This document shows, one piece after another, positions 15,025 to 27,844 of a stretch of DNA of 64,000 nucleotides. How positions within the stretch are numbered: position 1 is the stretch's first letter; each line of letters begins with the position of its first letter. The stretch lies in NCBI RefSeq assembly GCF_009914755.1, contig NC_060938.1. One strand, given 5' to 3'. This stretch comes from the human T2T-CHM13v2.0 reference genome, Homo sapiens. Made by a program: the position numbers and the translations under genes. The notes under the pieces were generated by a model. That model was not told the DNA's origin and searched no databases. It saw only the letters and a list, made by a program, of their open reading frames with translations.

Positions 15025-15170
15025 TCCATGTCTGTTTTTAGAAGTAAAGTTTTCTTAGAGCCCAGCCACATCTATTCAATTATGTGTTTGTCTGTGGCTG
15101 CTTTCACAACACAAAAGCAGAGTGAAGTAGTTGCAACAACTTAACTATATGGCCTTTAAAGCCAAAAATG
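15025..15170 (+). mobile_element. MER58A-like hAT-Charlie fragment
   Basis: taaagttttcttagagcccagccac...tgtctgtggctgctttc...gcagagtgaagtagttgcaac...tggcctttaaagccaaaaat matches the MER58A order. Confidence 0.75.
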
Positions 15171-16020
15171 TGAGCAATAAATTATTTTTTAATTTTTCTA
15201 CTGTTAATTTTATGTGTAGGAAATGGTCTGCTTTGCTTAAAACTTGTGGCTCCTCTATTCACTGATCATATCTTTAATTAGCTCACTTTTCCCAAAATGT
15301 TTTTCCATCTTTTGTTTTTTATGCTTTCTTATCCTGCCTAAGCCACACCCTATCTGTTTTTCTGAACAAGCTTAAGCCCTACTTGCTGGATGACAGCTGT
15401 AACCAACGGTGTGACTTCCTTTCAAATCTCTAACTGTGCTTCACTATCTGTCCCATGCACATGGGCTCTTGACTCCTCACTAAGTATTTGCACAGCACCT
15501 ACTGAGTACTGAGCCTTATTCTAGATCCTAGGAATACGAAAGCAAGCATCTAGATGTGAGCCCTGCCCTCAGTGCGTGGATGTTTGTTGGAGGAAGAGGC
15601 ACAACCACATCACCACAAGGTAGTGAATTCCAGATATTACAAAAGAGGAGTTGCTATGGAGGAACCAACAGCAGGGACATCTTCCCTCCTTGAGGAAATC
15701 AGATCTTCCCTCAGGGAGAAGTAGAAACTGAAGAATGAGGAGCAGTTAGCTGATGAATGAAAGAAGTGGGGGCTGGGGGTGCTGTGGGGAGGGCTGGACG
15801 AGGAAGGGGAGGTTGGTAGCATAGGAGAGAAGCATATTTCAAGGACATGATATGGGAGGGAGTATGGCATGTTTGAGAAGCTAAGTGATAGGTTACAGTG
15901 AGTGTCACGATCTTGGGGACAGAGTGTGAAACAATTTACGGAAGGCTATGCAATCCTTGTGGTTTTCATCTCTGGAGTACGCTGGAATGGCTTCTGAGCC
16001 AGGCAATGATGGGATCAGAT

Positions 16021-16331
<311 letters not shown>

Positions 16332-16365
16332 TGATCAGATTTTATGTTAGAAAATGCACACTCGG

Positions 16366-16653
16366 GGCCGGGCGAGGTGTCTCATTCCTGTAATCCCAGC
16401 ACTTTGGGAGGCCAAAGTGGGCAGATCACAAGGTCAGGAGATTGAGACCATCCTGGCCAATATGGTGAAACCCTTTCTCTACTAAAAATACAAAAATTAG
16501 TTGGGCATGATGGTGGGTGCCTGTAATCCCAGCTACTCAGGAGGCTGGGGCAGGAGAATCACTTGAACCAGGAAGTCAGAGATTGCAGGGAGTCGAGATC
16601 AGACCACTGCATCCCAACCTGGTGACAGAGCGAGACTCTGTTTCAAAAAAAAA

Positions 16654-16700
<47 letters not shown>

Positions 16701-16706
16701 GAAAAA
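16366..16706 (+). mobile_element. AluSc-like with (GAAA)n tail
   Basis: ggccgggcg start, gagattgagaccatcctggccaa diagnostic, a (gaaa)n microsatellite tail, and TSD agaaaatgcacactc/agaaaacgcatgctc. Confidence 0.93.
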
Positions 16707-19065
16707 GAAAACGCATGCTCAGTTGCCTCCATAGAGAGAAGAGATGGGAGTGAGACTGAGGAAAGACCAGCCAGGAGGCTGCTGTGTCCAGTAAAGGCTG
16801 AGGAGAGCTGAGAGGGCCGGGCAGGGGAAATGGAGGTGAGGGAATAGATTTGAGAGGTTTTGGAGAAAGAGCCCATAGCACATGAGATGGCTGTATGGAA
16901 TGAGGGAGAGAGAAGAGTCTGGAAAGTCCCTGGTTTCTAGTTGGACAACCTGGTGATGATGCTACTTACTATGACAGGGACACAAAAGCGGAAGGTAGAG
17001 ATGCGGGCAGGGGATGGGGAACTGCAATTAGATAAGATTGCTTTAAGCTTCATGCAGCTGTGAGATCTCCAAGCCACGGTGCCCAGGGCCAGTCAGAGCT
17101 GGCCCCTGACACTCAGGAACATGCAGTCCTGGGCATCACCCACTTCAGTAGAGCTGTGGAGTCTAGGTCCCCTCTGCCAAGCTGGCAGAAGCTATGACCA
17201 TATACACCAAATTTGCATATAATTTCAAGGAACTCACAGGCCCAAAAGTTTATCCATGGACTCTGGGTTCATAATTTCTGCTATGGATGATAATAGAAGC
17301 CGTACGACTGGATGAGATGACCCTGGGAGAGAATAGAAGAGGGAACGTTGGACTGAGCCCCAGGGAAGCCCAGGGCTAAAGGAACCAGCAGAGGGAAGAG
17401 GAGAGAAGAAGACTTCAAAGCAGACCAGGAAAGAAGAGCTGACGTGGTGAAAGAACAACTAAAAAAGGAAAAAAGGAGCCACGTCCTAGAGGGAAGGTGC
17501 GTTTGCATCAGTGGCATTCGGTCCATTATTTCCACATAATAAGTTGGCGAGCTCTTTAGAGGCAGGGATCCTTCTTCTTTTGTATCCCTGTTATCTCAAA
17601 ATTGATGCTCATATCACAAACACTCAATTGACACAGTGTATTTAAATAAGATTGCAGATAATGAGGAATTAGTAGGTTAGGCCTGACATACCTTGAAAAT
17701 AGTCAAACAACAATTAAGCTAGGAAATGAATACTGTGACTATATGGAGGCTTCGCTAACACAGCCTAGAACATAGTCTGCCTTCAATACATGTCTGTGGG
17801 ATCAGCATGGAACGTTTCTATGGATTAACGCAAGCCGTGTCACTTTAGCACGGGAGGACACTAACTCCACAGGACCCTCACGTGCAGCCGTGGGGTCACT
17901 GAGCCAGGAATCAGGAAAACTGGATTCCAGGCTCGATTCTGCCACTAAGCAATAGTGTTACTTTGGACTAGTTTCTACATGCCCCTGAGTCTGAGGTTCA
18001 AGTTCCGAAGCTCAGTATTTTTCCCTCTATGCCTTCCTATTGACCATCAGGGCTCCTGCAGGTGCTGAGGTGGATGATGGGTGCTGGTAGCCAACAGCCT
18101 ATAAATTTCAAGGCACCTCCTGTACATTGCAGCACAAAAGCTATTGTTATCAAGCATTGCAAATGTGCCAACATGTTCTTAGGTTTACAAAAGATGGATC
18201 ATTTCTTTTCTAAGTAGTGTTTGTACTAATTATTTTGGCCAATGAGCAATTTCTAAGAGTGGGTGACTGTGATTAATTGCCAAATTGTTCTAATCTATTA
18301 TCTAACAACATTCTTCTAATGGAAAAGGGAAAATGAGTAAATTTGCCACTAATGTAAACCTAAGTAGTAATTTTCTTTATAAAAAGCTGAGCTCTTTGAC
18401 TATATTGAAAGTGTAAGCAGGAAAGTAAAACATGACCCTAACAACAAACAGATGGCATTCCCCTTCATGTGCCTGAGCACACTTTTGAAGTTTGAGAGAA
18501 ACCACACAACACTCATGCTTTCAATTATGTTTCCAACAGAGACAGACCCCAAATGTATTTTTTCTTTATAACTGATTGCTTTTCCACGTCAGTCCATATG
18601 CCTGAGCTGGAAATTTACCTCAGCAAAGGAAAGAGAAAGAAACCTCAGCAACCTCCTGACTTGGCACCCTCAGAAATACTAGAATAAATTTAAATCATTA
18701 TTTGGCTAAGTCCCTTCTCCTCCTTTATTTTCTTCAAGGGAAAATAAAGGTACTTAAAGAAACTGGATCCAATTAAACTAACTTTGTCTTTTCTTTTTCT
18801 ACTGGAGAAATTTGCTACACTGATAAATATTAAACACATATGGACTGTTGTTTCTTTCTCTGTATCTTCCTGACTGTATCTTTTCTGCCCAGGCTGAAGG
18901 AACATCCACAGATACAGATGTGGCATGTTTATTATCCTTGCCTGGAGCTTCTGAGTCGTGCACAGTATCCACTGCGGTTTCTTTGGAAGTAGAGAAAAAG
19001 AGAAATAAGTAATTGGAAATGTGTAAAAATAATTCAAAGGATTAGTAAGAAAAATGCATTTGGGT

Positions 19066-19490
19066 TCATTTACTTACTCATTCAAAAAGCATTTATGGAG
19101 TGCTTCATTTGTTCGGGTACTTTTCTAGGGCTTGGAAATATGGCAGTGAGGATGACAGATGGGCTGTTTGTTGCCTTCAATCACCTTTTATTCTACTACG
19201 AGTAGAGAGACAATGGACAGGCCAGCAAATGCTCAGTCAAGATAATTGTAGATGGTGGGAAGTGTGGTGGAGAAAATAAAAAGGGTAATGTGATAGGGAC
19301 TGCACATTTGGTAGGGCGGCTGAGAAACTCTCTGGGAAGCAGTGCTTGAGAGGGAATGAATGAGAGTCAGCCATGCAGACAGCAGGGCAGGCTGGCGATG
19401 GGGAGAGAGGTTCAGGCCCGGTGGGAACAACTACAAAGATCATATGGTGGGCAGAGCGCTGTGCATTTCTAGTAGGGACATCCAAAGATG
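19066..19490 (-). mobile_element. L2 fragment
   Basis: ttcatttacttactcattcaaaaagcatttatggagtgctt is an antisense L2 3' tail, followed by degenerate L2 body sequence. Confidence 0.6.
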
Positions 19491-19539
19491 ACAACGACTG
19501 GTCAACTGTTTCCAGGTATCATTTGTTTTAGCTACGTAG

Positions 19540-20140
19540 TGATCTAGGAGTTAAGAAGAAATCACTTAGGCAGACAGAAAGGGTAGGGGAGTCCTTGGTA
19601 AGGCCTTTGTTTTCAATGAAAAGCAGCCCCACATCATATTCTATCAAAGAGCAGCCTGTAAAGTTGAGCTGCAGACATAGACTAGCCACCTGGGAGCTTG
19701 CATGGTGAATACTGGCAGGAACTAGGGACTAGACATGTTCAAGATGGGCTCCATCTTCCCTTCTCTTTGTCAACCACTTGTACTGTAAGGAGCAGACAAA
19801 ATGGCACTGATCAACTGGAAAGGCCATTTGCATAATAAGATTGGGGTAGGGCGACCAGCCTTCCCGCTCACTATGTAAATGTCATACCTGATGGAACCAA
19901 TCCCTGAGCCCTAAGGAAATCAGACCCCGCCTCCTCAAACCTGATGATAAAATTGGGTGCATCAGCCACCCGTCCCCTCAAAGGCCCCTTTCTCTTTGGA
20001 GAGAGCTGTTTTCTCTTTCTCTTCTCTTCTGCCTTTTAAACCTCCACTCCTAAGCTCCTCGTGTGTGTCCATGTCCCAAACTTTCCTGGCACGCAACAAG
20101 AAACCCCAGGGTATATACCCCAGACAATGTAGCCGCTTCA
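19540..20140 (+). mobile_element. ERV1 solo LTR, MER61-like
   Basis: TG...CA termini, about 600 bp. Begins tgatctaggagttaagaagaaatcacttaggcagac. 4-bp TSD gtag/gtcg. Inserted into an antisense MIR (ccccattttacaggagaggaaac follows). Confidence 0.75.
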
Positions 20141-20389
20141 GTCGCATATCTTAATCCCCTAAGAACTCCCAATATCCCCATTTTACAGGAGAGGAAACCA
20201 GTGGCCAGAGAGATGCAGCTTTCCAAGATCACCCAGGAAATAAAGGATGGAGCTAAGAGTGGGTCACTTCCCGACTCAATTTATGCTACCTTGTCTCAGA
20301 AGAGGATGCCTCTGAGGCAGGCATGTGGTTGCCCCTGCAGGACCAAGACAATGGGGCCAGCTGGATTCCACTTTATACGACCAATATGG

Positions 20390-20725
20390 TCTGTGTCTGT
20401 TTGGATTTCTATCTCAGAATGCAATAGACAGAGTGGCTTATAAGCAATGAAGGATTTATTTCTCACAGTTGTGGAGGTGAAGGAGTCCAAGGTCAAGGTG
20501 CGGGGAGATTTGGCATCTGGTGAGGGCTACTGTCCTGGCTTCTGGATGGTGCCTTCTCACTGTGGCCTCTTGTGGCTGAAGGGGACAGGAGCCCTCTCCT
20601 TTATAAGGGCAATAAGCCCTTCCTGGCCTAATCGCCTTCCAAAGGCCATGCCGCCTAATACTGTCTTCCTGGGGATTAGAGTTTTAACATGAATTTGGGA
20701 GGGACTTAAACATTCAGTCCAGAGC
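20390..20725 (-). mobile_element. MLT1A/B-like MaLR LTR
   Basis: atttattctcacagttgtggagg...tccaaggtcaaggtg...ttttaacatgaatttgggagggac..aaacattcagtcc. Confidence 0.75.
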
Positions 20726-21560
20726 GGATATTATGTCCCAGAATCCTCTAGCTGCGATGGAGCCACACCGACCTGTGTGGTCTCCGCACCTCCGCAGTGC
20801 AGGCCAGGCGTCTTCTGACTCAGCTCCAGCTGCAGAGCCCTGCTGTTCTCACAAACAACCCTGCTGTCTGCGACCATAAAAGCACAGCCTCCAACTGGGG
20901 AGAGTGCGAAGGACGTTTTCACAGGTACACCGTTTTAGTCATAATTTATTATGCTTTTGATTATGAAGACATTTGAATGGCTCAAACCATGATGCCAAGG
21001 AAGGAATAACATGTAAAATACATTTACTCGATATCATGCTCTGAAATCCCTCAAGCTCCTACACAGAAAAAATAAATTATACTTGTGAATAAAGCCTGTG
21101 GTAGGAGGAGGTACTGTTTCCAATCTGTCATGGTTCCAGCTCCTCAGGCCTTGCAGTCTCAACAGCACTGACCCCAGTAGCTGCCTCCTGTGGGCTCTTG
21201 ACTTGCCACAGAAGCTGATTTTTTTTCCCAATTAAATCTTCAAGGTTTGCTGATCATTTATTGATGTAACAATCATACATTGTGGTGCCTTATAAATACA
21301 CAGTATCGTAATAGCAAACATAGGTGCCAAGTCAAATGAGACATGTCCCTGAGCTCAAGAAGCTCATGGGTGTGATGGTGGAAAAAACAGGCTTATCGTG
21401 GCAGATGGTAGCATAAAAGGAAGCTCACAGGGGGTGACGGTGGTAGAAAAAGAGGCTCATGGGGTGAGTTTTAATGAGTGTCCTGACAACAGAAGCACCA
21501 GGAGTCATCAAGATCTAGGATTGCAGGAAGGCCCCTGCACTGCATGACCTCACTTTTCTC

Positions 21561-21866
21561 TTTTTTCTTTCTCTTTTTGTAGGTATGGGGTCTTGTTTTG
21601 CCGCCCAGGCTGGGGTGCAGTAGCGTGATGATGGCTCACTGCAGCCTGGGACTCCTGGGCTGAAATGATCCTCCCACCTCAGCCTCCCAAGTAGGTGGGA
21701 CCACAGGCACGTACCACCACATCCAGCTAATCTTTTATTTATTTTTTGGAGTGACGACATCACACCGTGTTGCCCAGGCTGGTCTGCAATTCCTGGCCTC
21801 AAGTGATCCTCCTGCCTTGGCTTCCCAACATGCTGGAATTACAGGCGTGACCCACTGCATCCAGCA
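21561..21866 (-). mobile_element. AluJ
   Basis: Diverged reverse-strand Alu (atggctcactgcagcct, ctcctgggct) with an approximate TSD acctc(a/g)ctt. Confidence 0.9.
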
Positions 21867-22514
21867 TCACCTCGCTTCTCTATGTTAACCTGTGGCAGTC
21901 TGATACCTGCTCCCAGGCCACCCCCAGGTCTGTTCTTGGTGAGCCAAACTGCCTGAATGAGTGATCATTTGGGTCATCAGGAACTTGACCATATTGCCTG
22001 TCAGTTTTGTTTCAACGGCTCTTCATGTTTCAGTTCTTTTGCAGGCCCCCTCCTTTTCGAAGATCTTTCTTTCCATGCTTTTGTCCGACTTCATGGCTCC
22101 CCGCTCCCCGCATCACGCCGTGGTTGTGCCTGGATGCGTGACGATGCACTGACCACATTCTGCGGCAATCACTGTTCGTGAAGCTGCCTCCCCTCCTAGA
22201 CTGAAAACTCTTTGAAGATGGGACCATATGGTTTCTATCACCAAAACCAACACAATAGCAAAGAGTAGGCATTTGATAAGTGTTTATAAAAGGAAAACAC
22301 ACAAATAATACTTGTCTACCCAAATAAGTGATTGTATTTTTCCAGATGCATATGATCAAAACCCACAAGTGTCTGTGCTTTGTAACCGTGTCCCCAAGCC
22401 CTGGGCTCAACAATACAGCTAACACAACTTACTGCATTTGAGTGTAAAGGTTAGTGTATAGCCCTAGGAAAGCATTTTCACCCACAGTATGAGTGGTGCA
22501 TATTCACATCCACT

Positions 22515-23297
22515 GTGACAGGTCCATGCATGTTATCACCCTGAAGACCTTCCAGTGGGACAAGATGTGGAGGTGGAAGGCAGTGCTATTGATGATCCCG
22601 ACCCTGTGTAGGCCTAGGCTAATGTAGGTGTTTGTGACTTTGTTTATGATGAGCTAGTTTACAGAGTCAAAAAAAATTAAATACAAAAAGGCTGAAAGAA
22701 TAAAGATATAAAGAAAGAAAATATTTTTGTACAGCTGTACAATGTGTTTGCATTTTAAGCTAAGTGTAATTACGAGTCATTTTTGTAATTAAAAAGTTTG
22801 ACATTACAGTAAGCAAAGGTTAATCATTATTGAAGGAAGAAAAAGTATTTCTTATAAATTTAGTGTAGCATGAGTGTCTAGTGTTTATAAGGGGGTGCAC
22901 AATAGCATCCCAGGCCTCCACATCCACTCGCCATTCACTCAGAGACTCACCCCAGCAACTTCCAGTCCTGCTAGCTCCATTCGTGGTAAGTGCCCTATAA
23001 AAGTGTACCATTTTCCACTTTTTATACCATGTTTTTACTGTACCTTTTCTCTGTTTATTATGTTTAGATACATAAATACGTACCATTATGTTCCAGCTGC
23101 CTGCAGTGTTCAGTAGCGTCCCCTGCTGGGCAGGTGTGTATCCCGGGAGCAACAGGCTGTACCATGTGGCCCGGGTGTGGAGGAGGCTGTGCCGTCTGGG
23201 TTTGTATGAGTGCACTCTATGATGTTCACACAACGGCAAAATCACCTAAGGATGCATTTCTCAGAACGTATTCCCTTCATTAAGTGACACGTGACTG
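22515..23297 (+). mobile_element. Tigger3 (Tigger3b/Golem-like) TcMar DNA transposon, 5'-truncated
   Basis: ccctgaagaccttccagtgggacaagatgtggaggtggaag...gtgcactctatgatgttcacacaacggcaaaatcacctaaggatgcatttctcagaacgta...gtgactg, ending in the right terminal repeat. Confidence 0.85.
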
Positions 23298-23802
23298 TGC
23301 ATATAATTAGATTATTCTAGAGGTGACTAAAATTACTATTTGGAAATGTTAATTAAGCAACACATGTGACAAATATATACCAAGATTTCTGTGAAATTCA
23401 GCCCTCCGTGGCTGAGGTCCGCAATACACAGCCGTCTCTAAGTACCTGGCTTGAGAGTTCCCGCAAGACAGTAGCCTTGGATTTGGCCTCTGTGTACCCT
23501 ATCACCCTGCACAGTTTCTGATACATTGAAGGCTTCCAGTAAAGGAAACACTAACACTTAATAGTATGTATGAGGAATCCAGAGTTCTTTGTTTATTTAC
23601 AGTTTTAAACAATGAAGTCCACAAAAACTAAAAGAGTAAGAGGTTGCCTGTTTATTAAAAGCAGCATTCTATTAGGAAAGCATGTATGTACTGCTGCTGG
23701 TGCCTTTGCCGACTTTGAGTGTGTGTGTGCGTGTGTGTGTCAAACTGTGGGAGTGAACTGCAGCACACAAATCACCACCCAGAGGGGGCTTCTCCAAGTG
23801 CG

Positions 23803-25112
23803 CAAGCTCAGCAGAGGAAGCCTCAGCCCTGCGGAAGCTCAGGGAGGGTGAGGGCGCGAGCTCAGCAGAAGAGGCCCTCAGCCCCCCCGAAGCTCAGGGA
23901 GGGTGAGGGCGCGAGCTCAGCAGAGGAGGCCTCAACCCTGCGGAAGCTCAGGGAGGGTGAGGGCGCGAGCTCAGCAGAGGAGGCCCTCAGCCCCGCCGAA
24001 GCTCAGGGAGGGTGAGGGCGCGAGCTCAGCAGAGGAAGCCTCAGCCCCGCCAAAGCTCAGGGAGGATGAGGGCGCGAGCTCAGCAGAGGAGGCCTCAGCC
24101 CCGCCGAAGCTCAGGGAGGATGAGGGCGCGAGCTCAGCAGAGGTGGCCTCAGCCCCGCCGAAGCTCAGGGAGGGTGAGGGCGCGAGCTCAGCAGAGGAGG
24201 CTTCAGCCCTGCGGAAGCTCAGGGAGGGTGAGGGTGCGAGCTCAGCAGAGGAAGCCGCAGCCCTGGGGAAGCGGAAGCTCAGGGAGGGTGAGGGGGCGAG
24301 CTCAGCAGAGGAAGCCTCAGCCCTTCAGAAGCTCAGGGAGGGTGAGGGCGCAAGCTCAGCAGAGGAACTCTCAGCCCTGCGGAAGCTCACGGAGGATGAA
24401 GGCGCAAGCTCAGCGGAGGAACCCTCAGCCCCGCGGAGGAGCCCTCAGCCCTGCGGAAGCTCACGGAGGGTAAGGGCACAAGCTCACCAGAGGAAGCCTC
24501 AGCCCTGCCAAAGCGGAAGCTCAGGGAAGGTGAAGGCACAAGCTCAGCAGAGGAAGCCTCAGTCCTGCGGAAGCGGAAGCGGAAGCTCAGGGAGGGTGAG
24601 GGTGCAAGCTCAGCAGACGGAGCCTCAGCCCTGCGGAAGCGGAAGCTCAGGGAGGGTGAGGGCGCAAGCTCAGCGGAGGAAGCGTCAGTCCTGTCCAAAC
24701 TCCGGGAGGGGGAGGGCGCAAGCTGAGCAGAGGAAGCCTCAATCTTGCCGAAGCGGAAGGTCAGGGAGGGCGAGGGCGCCAGCTTAGCAGAGGAAGCCTC
24801 AGCCCTGCGGAAGCTCACGTAGGGCGAGGGCGCAAGCTCAGCAGAGGAAGCCTCAGCCCTGCCGAAGCGGAAGCTCAGGGAGGGTGAGGGCGCAAGCTCA
24901 GCAGAGGAAGTCTCAGCCCTGTCGAAGCTCAGGGAGGGCGAGGGCGCGAGCTCAGCAGAGAAAGCCTCAGCCCTGCGGAAGCTCGGAGAGGGTGAGGGCA
25001 CAAGCTCAGCAGAGGAAGCCTCAGCTCTGCGGAAGCGGAAGCTCAGGGAGGGTGAGGGCGCGAGCTCAGCAGAGGAAGCCTCAGCCCTGCGGAAGCTCAG
25101 GGAGGGTGAGGG
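23803..25112. repeat. GC/CpG-rich minisatellite (VNTR), 54-bp unit, about 23 copies
   Basis: Consensus gaagctcagggagggtgagggcgcgagctcagcagaggaagcctcagccctgcg, with +6 (gaagcg) and +1 variants. Confidence 0.97.
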
Positions 25113-26518
25113 TGGAGGCTGGGAGATATTTCTTCACAGCTCCTCTTGTGCCTTCTCTCTCTTCCCTCCCTACTTGACCCTGCCCACTCCTTCAGTCCCT
25201 CATTGTAACCCACTGTCTTTTCAAAGGTACATCATTCTTACATTTGGATTTTAAAATGTGTGACGAAAGCTAGAATGCAACCCAGGAGCAGGAGCTCTGC
25301 ACTAACAGCAGAGGGCTCCTTCTGGTTTCCATGTTCCACACACCTTTTTCATTAGGCCAAAAGTCACCAAGGATGCAATGGGAACTGGACTATGCTGTTC
25401 CCTTTGACAACATGATTTCACAGAGTGCTTCCTGCGCCGATGCAGAGAACTTTCGCCAGATTCGTGAGCAATAATGGTATGAACAGCCATTAATTAGAGA
25501 GGGAGATTAGCTTAAACAAAAGGGGATTAAATTTAGACCCACTCATTATCTTTTCCACTGTTAGCTCTATTGAACTCCATTGTGGGTGGGATAAGAACAA
25601 GAGAAATGGGGATTGTGTGGAGTATGAATCAATTAACACATATATGCCTGCTGTGTGCACACATTGCCCTTTAAGACATAAAGAAAAATGAGACATGATG
25701 GTATAGAACATACACACACAGCGGTAAAGACGAAAAAGACAGACTCAGATTCCACCTTTTTCTTTCTTGATTATGGAACGTTGTTTTTTCTCTATACTTA
25801 GCTGTAGCCCCTCTCCTCCTCTCAAACATAGAGTTCTACATAGAAACTTTTTCTTCTGCCCTAAAATCAGTAAGCTCTCTTGGGACAGTTTGCAAAGTAT
25901 TAGATTTTACCCAATTAGAATTGTTCGCATAGGGCATGGCAGAGTGGTTCTCATTCCTATCAGACCAAGGCCCTCTTTAAGACATAAAACTGTTTGTGTT
26001 TTACCTTGAAATGAAATCATTAGATAATGTAATTTACCTGAACACAAACTTTAATAGCAACATAAGAAAACTCTCAAGCATTGTTTATATAATAGTGAAC
26101 ATAGCTGCTTTCCAAATTACAAAAAGAAAACAAAAATCAATATAATGCCCCAACAGTGAATATAGAAGAGAAATAAAAGGAAGAAAAATAACATTTAAGG
26201 AATAGTAAGTGTATATTTAATTTCTCTGATTCTTCTCTTTGTTTCATACAAGATGGGTAATTTTTAGATTTTCTCTTATTGAAATGATGAGTAGTCGATT
26301 GTCTTTAAAATACTTTAACATACTATTAACCAGAAAATCAAATGATAATAATTTCTGCACCTTTGCCGGGACACACACTTTTTTGATCATCAGATGGACT
26401 TTTCCCCATGAAAAATGTGCAAATGCACACAACACTTACACACAAACGTTTCTGTATGTTCTGTGACCTAGACCCCCTGGCATCCCAATGACGAGGACTT
26501 CAGCATCACTTTCAAATG

Positions 26519-26978
26519 CAAACTGACTATGCTTACTACACCCTTCCTTCCATTGTCCATCATTCAAACTGACTATGCTCACTACACCCTTCCTTCCATT
26601 GTCCATCATCCAAACTGACTATGCTCACTACACCCTTCCTTCCATTGTCCATCATTCAAACTATGCTCACTACACCCCTTCCCTCCATTGTCCATCATTC
26701 AAACTGACTATGCTCACTACACCCTTCCTATCATTGTCCATCATTCAAACTGACTATGCTCACTACACCCTTCCTTCCATTGTCTATCATTCAAACTGAC
26801 TATGCTCGCTACAGCCTTCCTATCATTGTCCATCATTCAAACTGACTATGCTTACTACACCCTTCCTTCCATTGTCTATCATTCCAACTGACTATGCTCA
26901 CTACACCCCTTCCTTCCATTGTCCATCATTCAAACTATGCTCACTACACCCTTTCCTCCACTGTCCCATCATTCAACT
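26519..26978. repeat. 46-bp minisatellite, about 10 copies
   Basis: caaactgactatgctcactacacccttccttccattgtccatcatt, with gactat at 26525 and 26571 and onward. Some units lack gact. Confidence 0.95.
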
Positions 26979-27138
26979 AGACATGTATTCAGATATTTAA
27001 GGTTATCTATAAAGGTTTAATTTGTTTTTCCTAATGTCTGTCTACCCCTTCCCTCAATTGTCCCATCATTCAACTCTATACATATTCAGATATTTAAGGT
27101 TATCTATAAAGGTTTAATTTGTTTCTCCAAATGTCTCT
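26944..27138. repeat. 97-bp diverged duplication abutting the 46-bp array
   Basis: cagatatttaaggttatctataaaggtttaatttgttt occurs at 26990 and 27087. Confidence 0.9.
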
Positions 27139-27319
27139 GTACAGGTGCAATATTAAGAAATTGTCATCTAAAGTCCATATTTTTAAAAATCATTATAAAT
27201 ATATAGTAATTTTATGAGCACACCAAAGTACAGTAATTCCTTCTCAACATGGTTCTCTTTATGCAAAATTCGAATGGGTACAGATTTCTGTTTTAATCCC
27301 TTTTTTTCTTAAATGTGGG

Positions 27320-27322
<3 letters not shown>

Positions 27323-27368
<46 letters not shown>
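27323..27368. repeat. (TA)n microsatellite
   Basis: Uninterrupted TA run. Confidence 0.97.
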
Positions 27369-27380
<12 letters not shown>

Positions 27381-27564
27381 TATTAATCCACTCAAGTTGC
27401 CACCATGTCGTATAATGGAATATCTCTCCAGGTTGAAGAGATCTCTGATTATTCATCTCTGTCTTCATTCTCTCTGTTGCCATCTACCCAACTGGTAATA
27501 TATTATCTTTAATTTTATTTTCTTTTATTACATTTCATTGTGTGTTTAACTAGTCATTTAACTA

Positions 27565-27812
27565 GCATTTATATAGCATATATGTGGGGCTTATTATATG
27601 CCAGGAATTGTTCCAATCACTTTACTGATACTAATTCATTAACTCCTTCCAATAATTTTATGAGATAATTGCAATTGTTATCTCGGTTTTACAGATGAAG
27701 CAACTGAGGGACAAGAGGTTAAATAATGTGCCCAAGATCGTAAAGCTAGTTACCACCAGAGCTGTAATCATAGCTGTAATCAGAGCCCAGTTAGTCTGGC
27801 TCCAGAGTTAGT
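27565..27812 (-). mobile_element. MIR SINE
   Basis: tatgccagg...gttttacagatgaagcaactgagg...tgcccaagatc...gtctggctccagag. Confidence 0.8.
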
Positions 27813-27844
27813 CCTTAAAATCGATTATCACTCACTTTTCTGTT

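Noticed and set aside
23770-23790. CTCF-like motif ccacccagagggggc beside the VNTR
   Set aside because: The spacing does not fit the CTCF core, so it is too weak to call from sequence alone.
23903-25177. 294-aa, 204-aa and 153-aa ORFs as protein-coding genes
   Set aside because: They are entirely VNTR-derived. Frames are open because the 54-bp unit lacks stops in those phases, and I found no convincing start or splice context.
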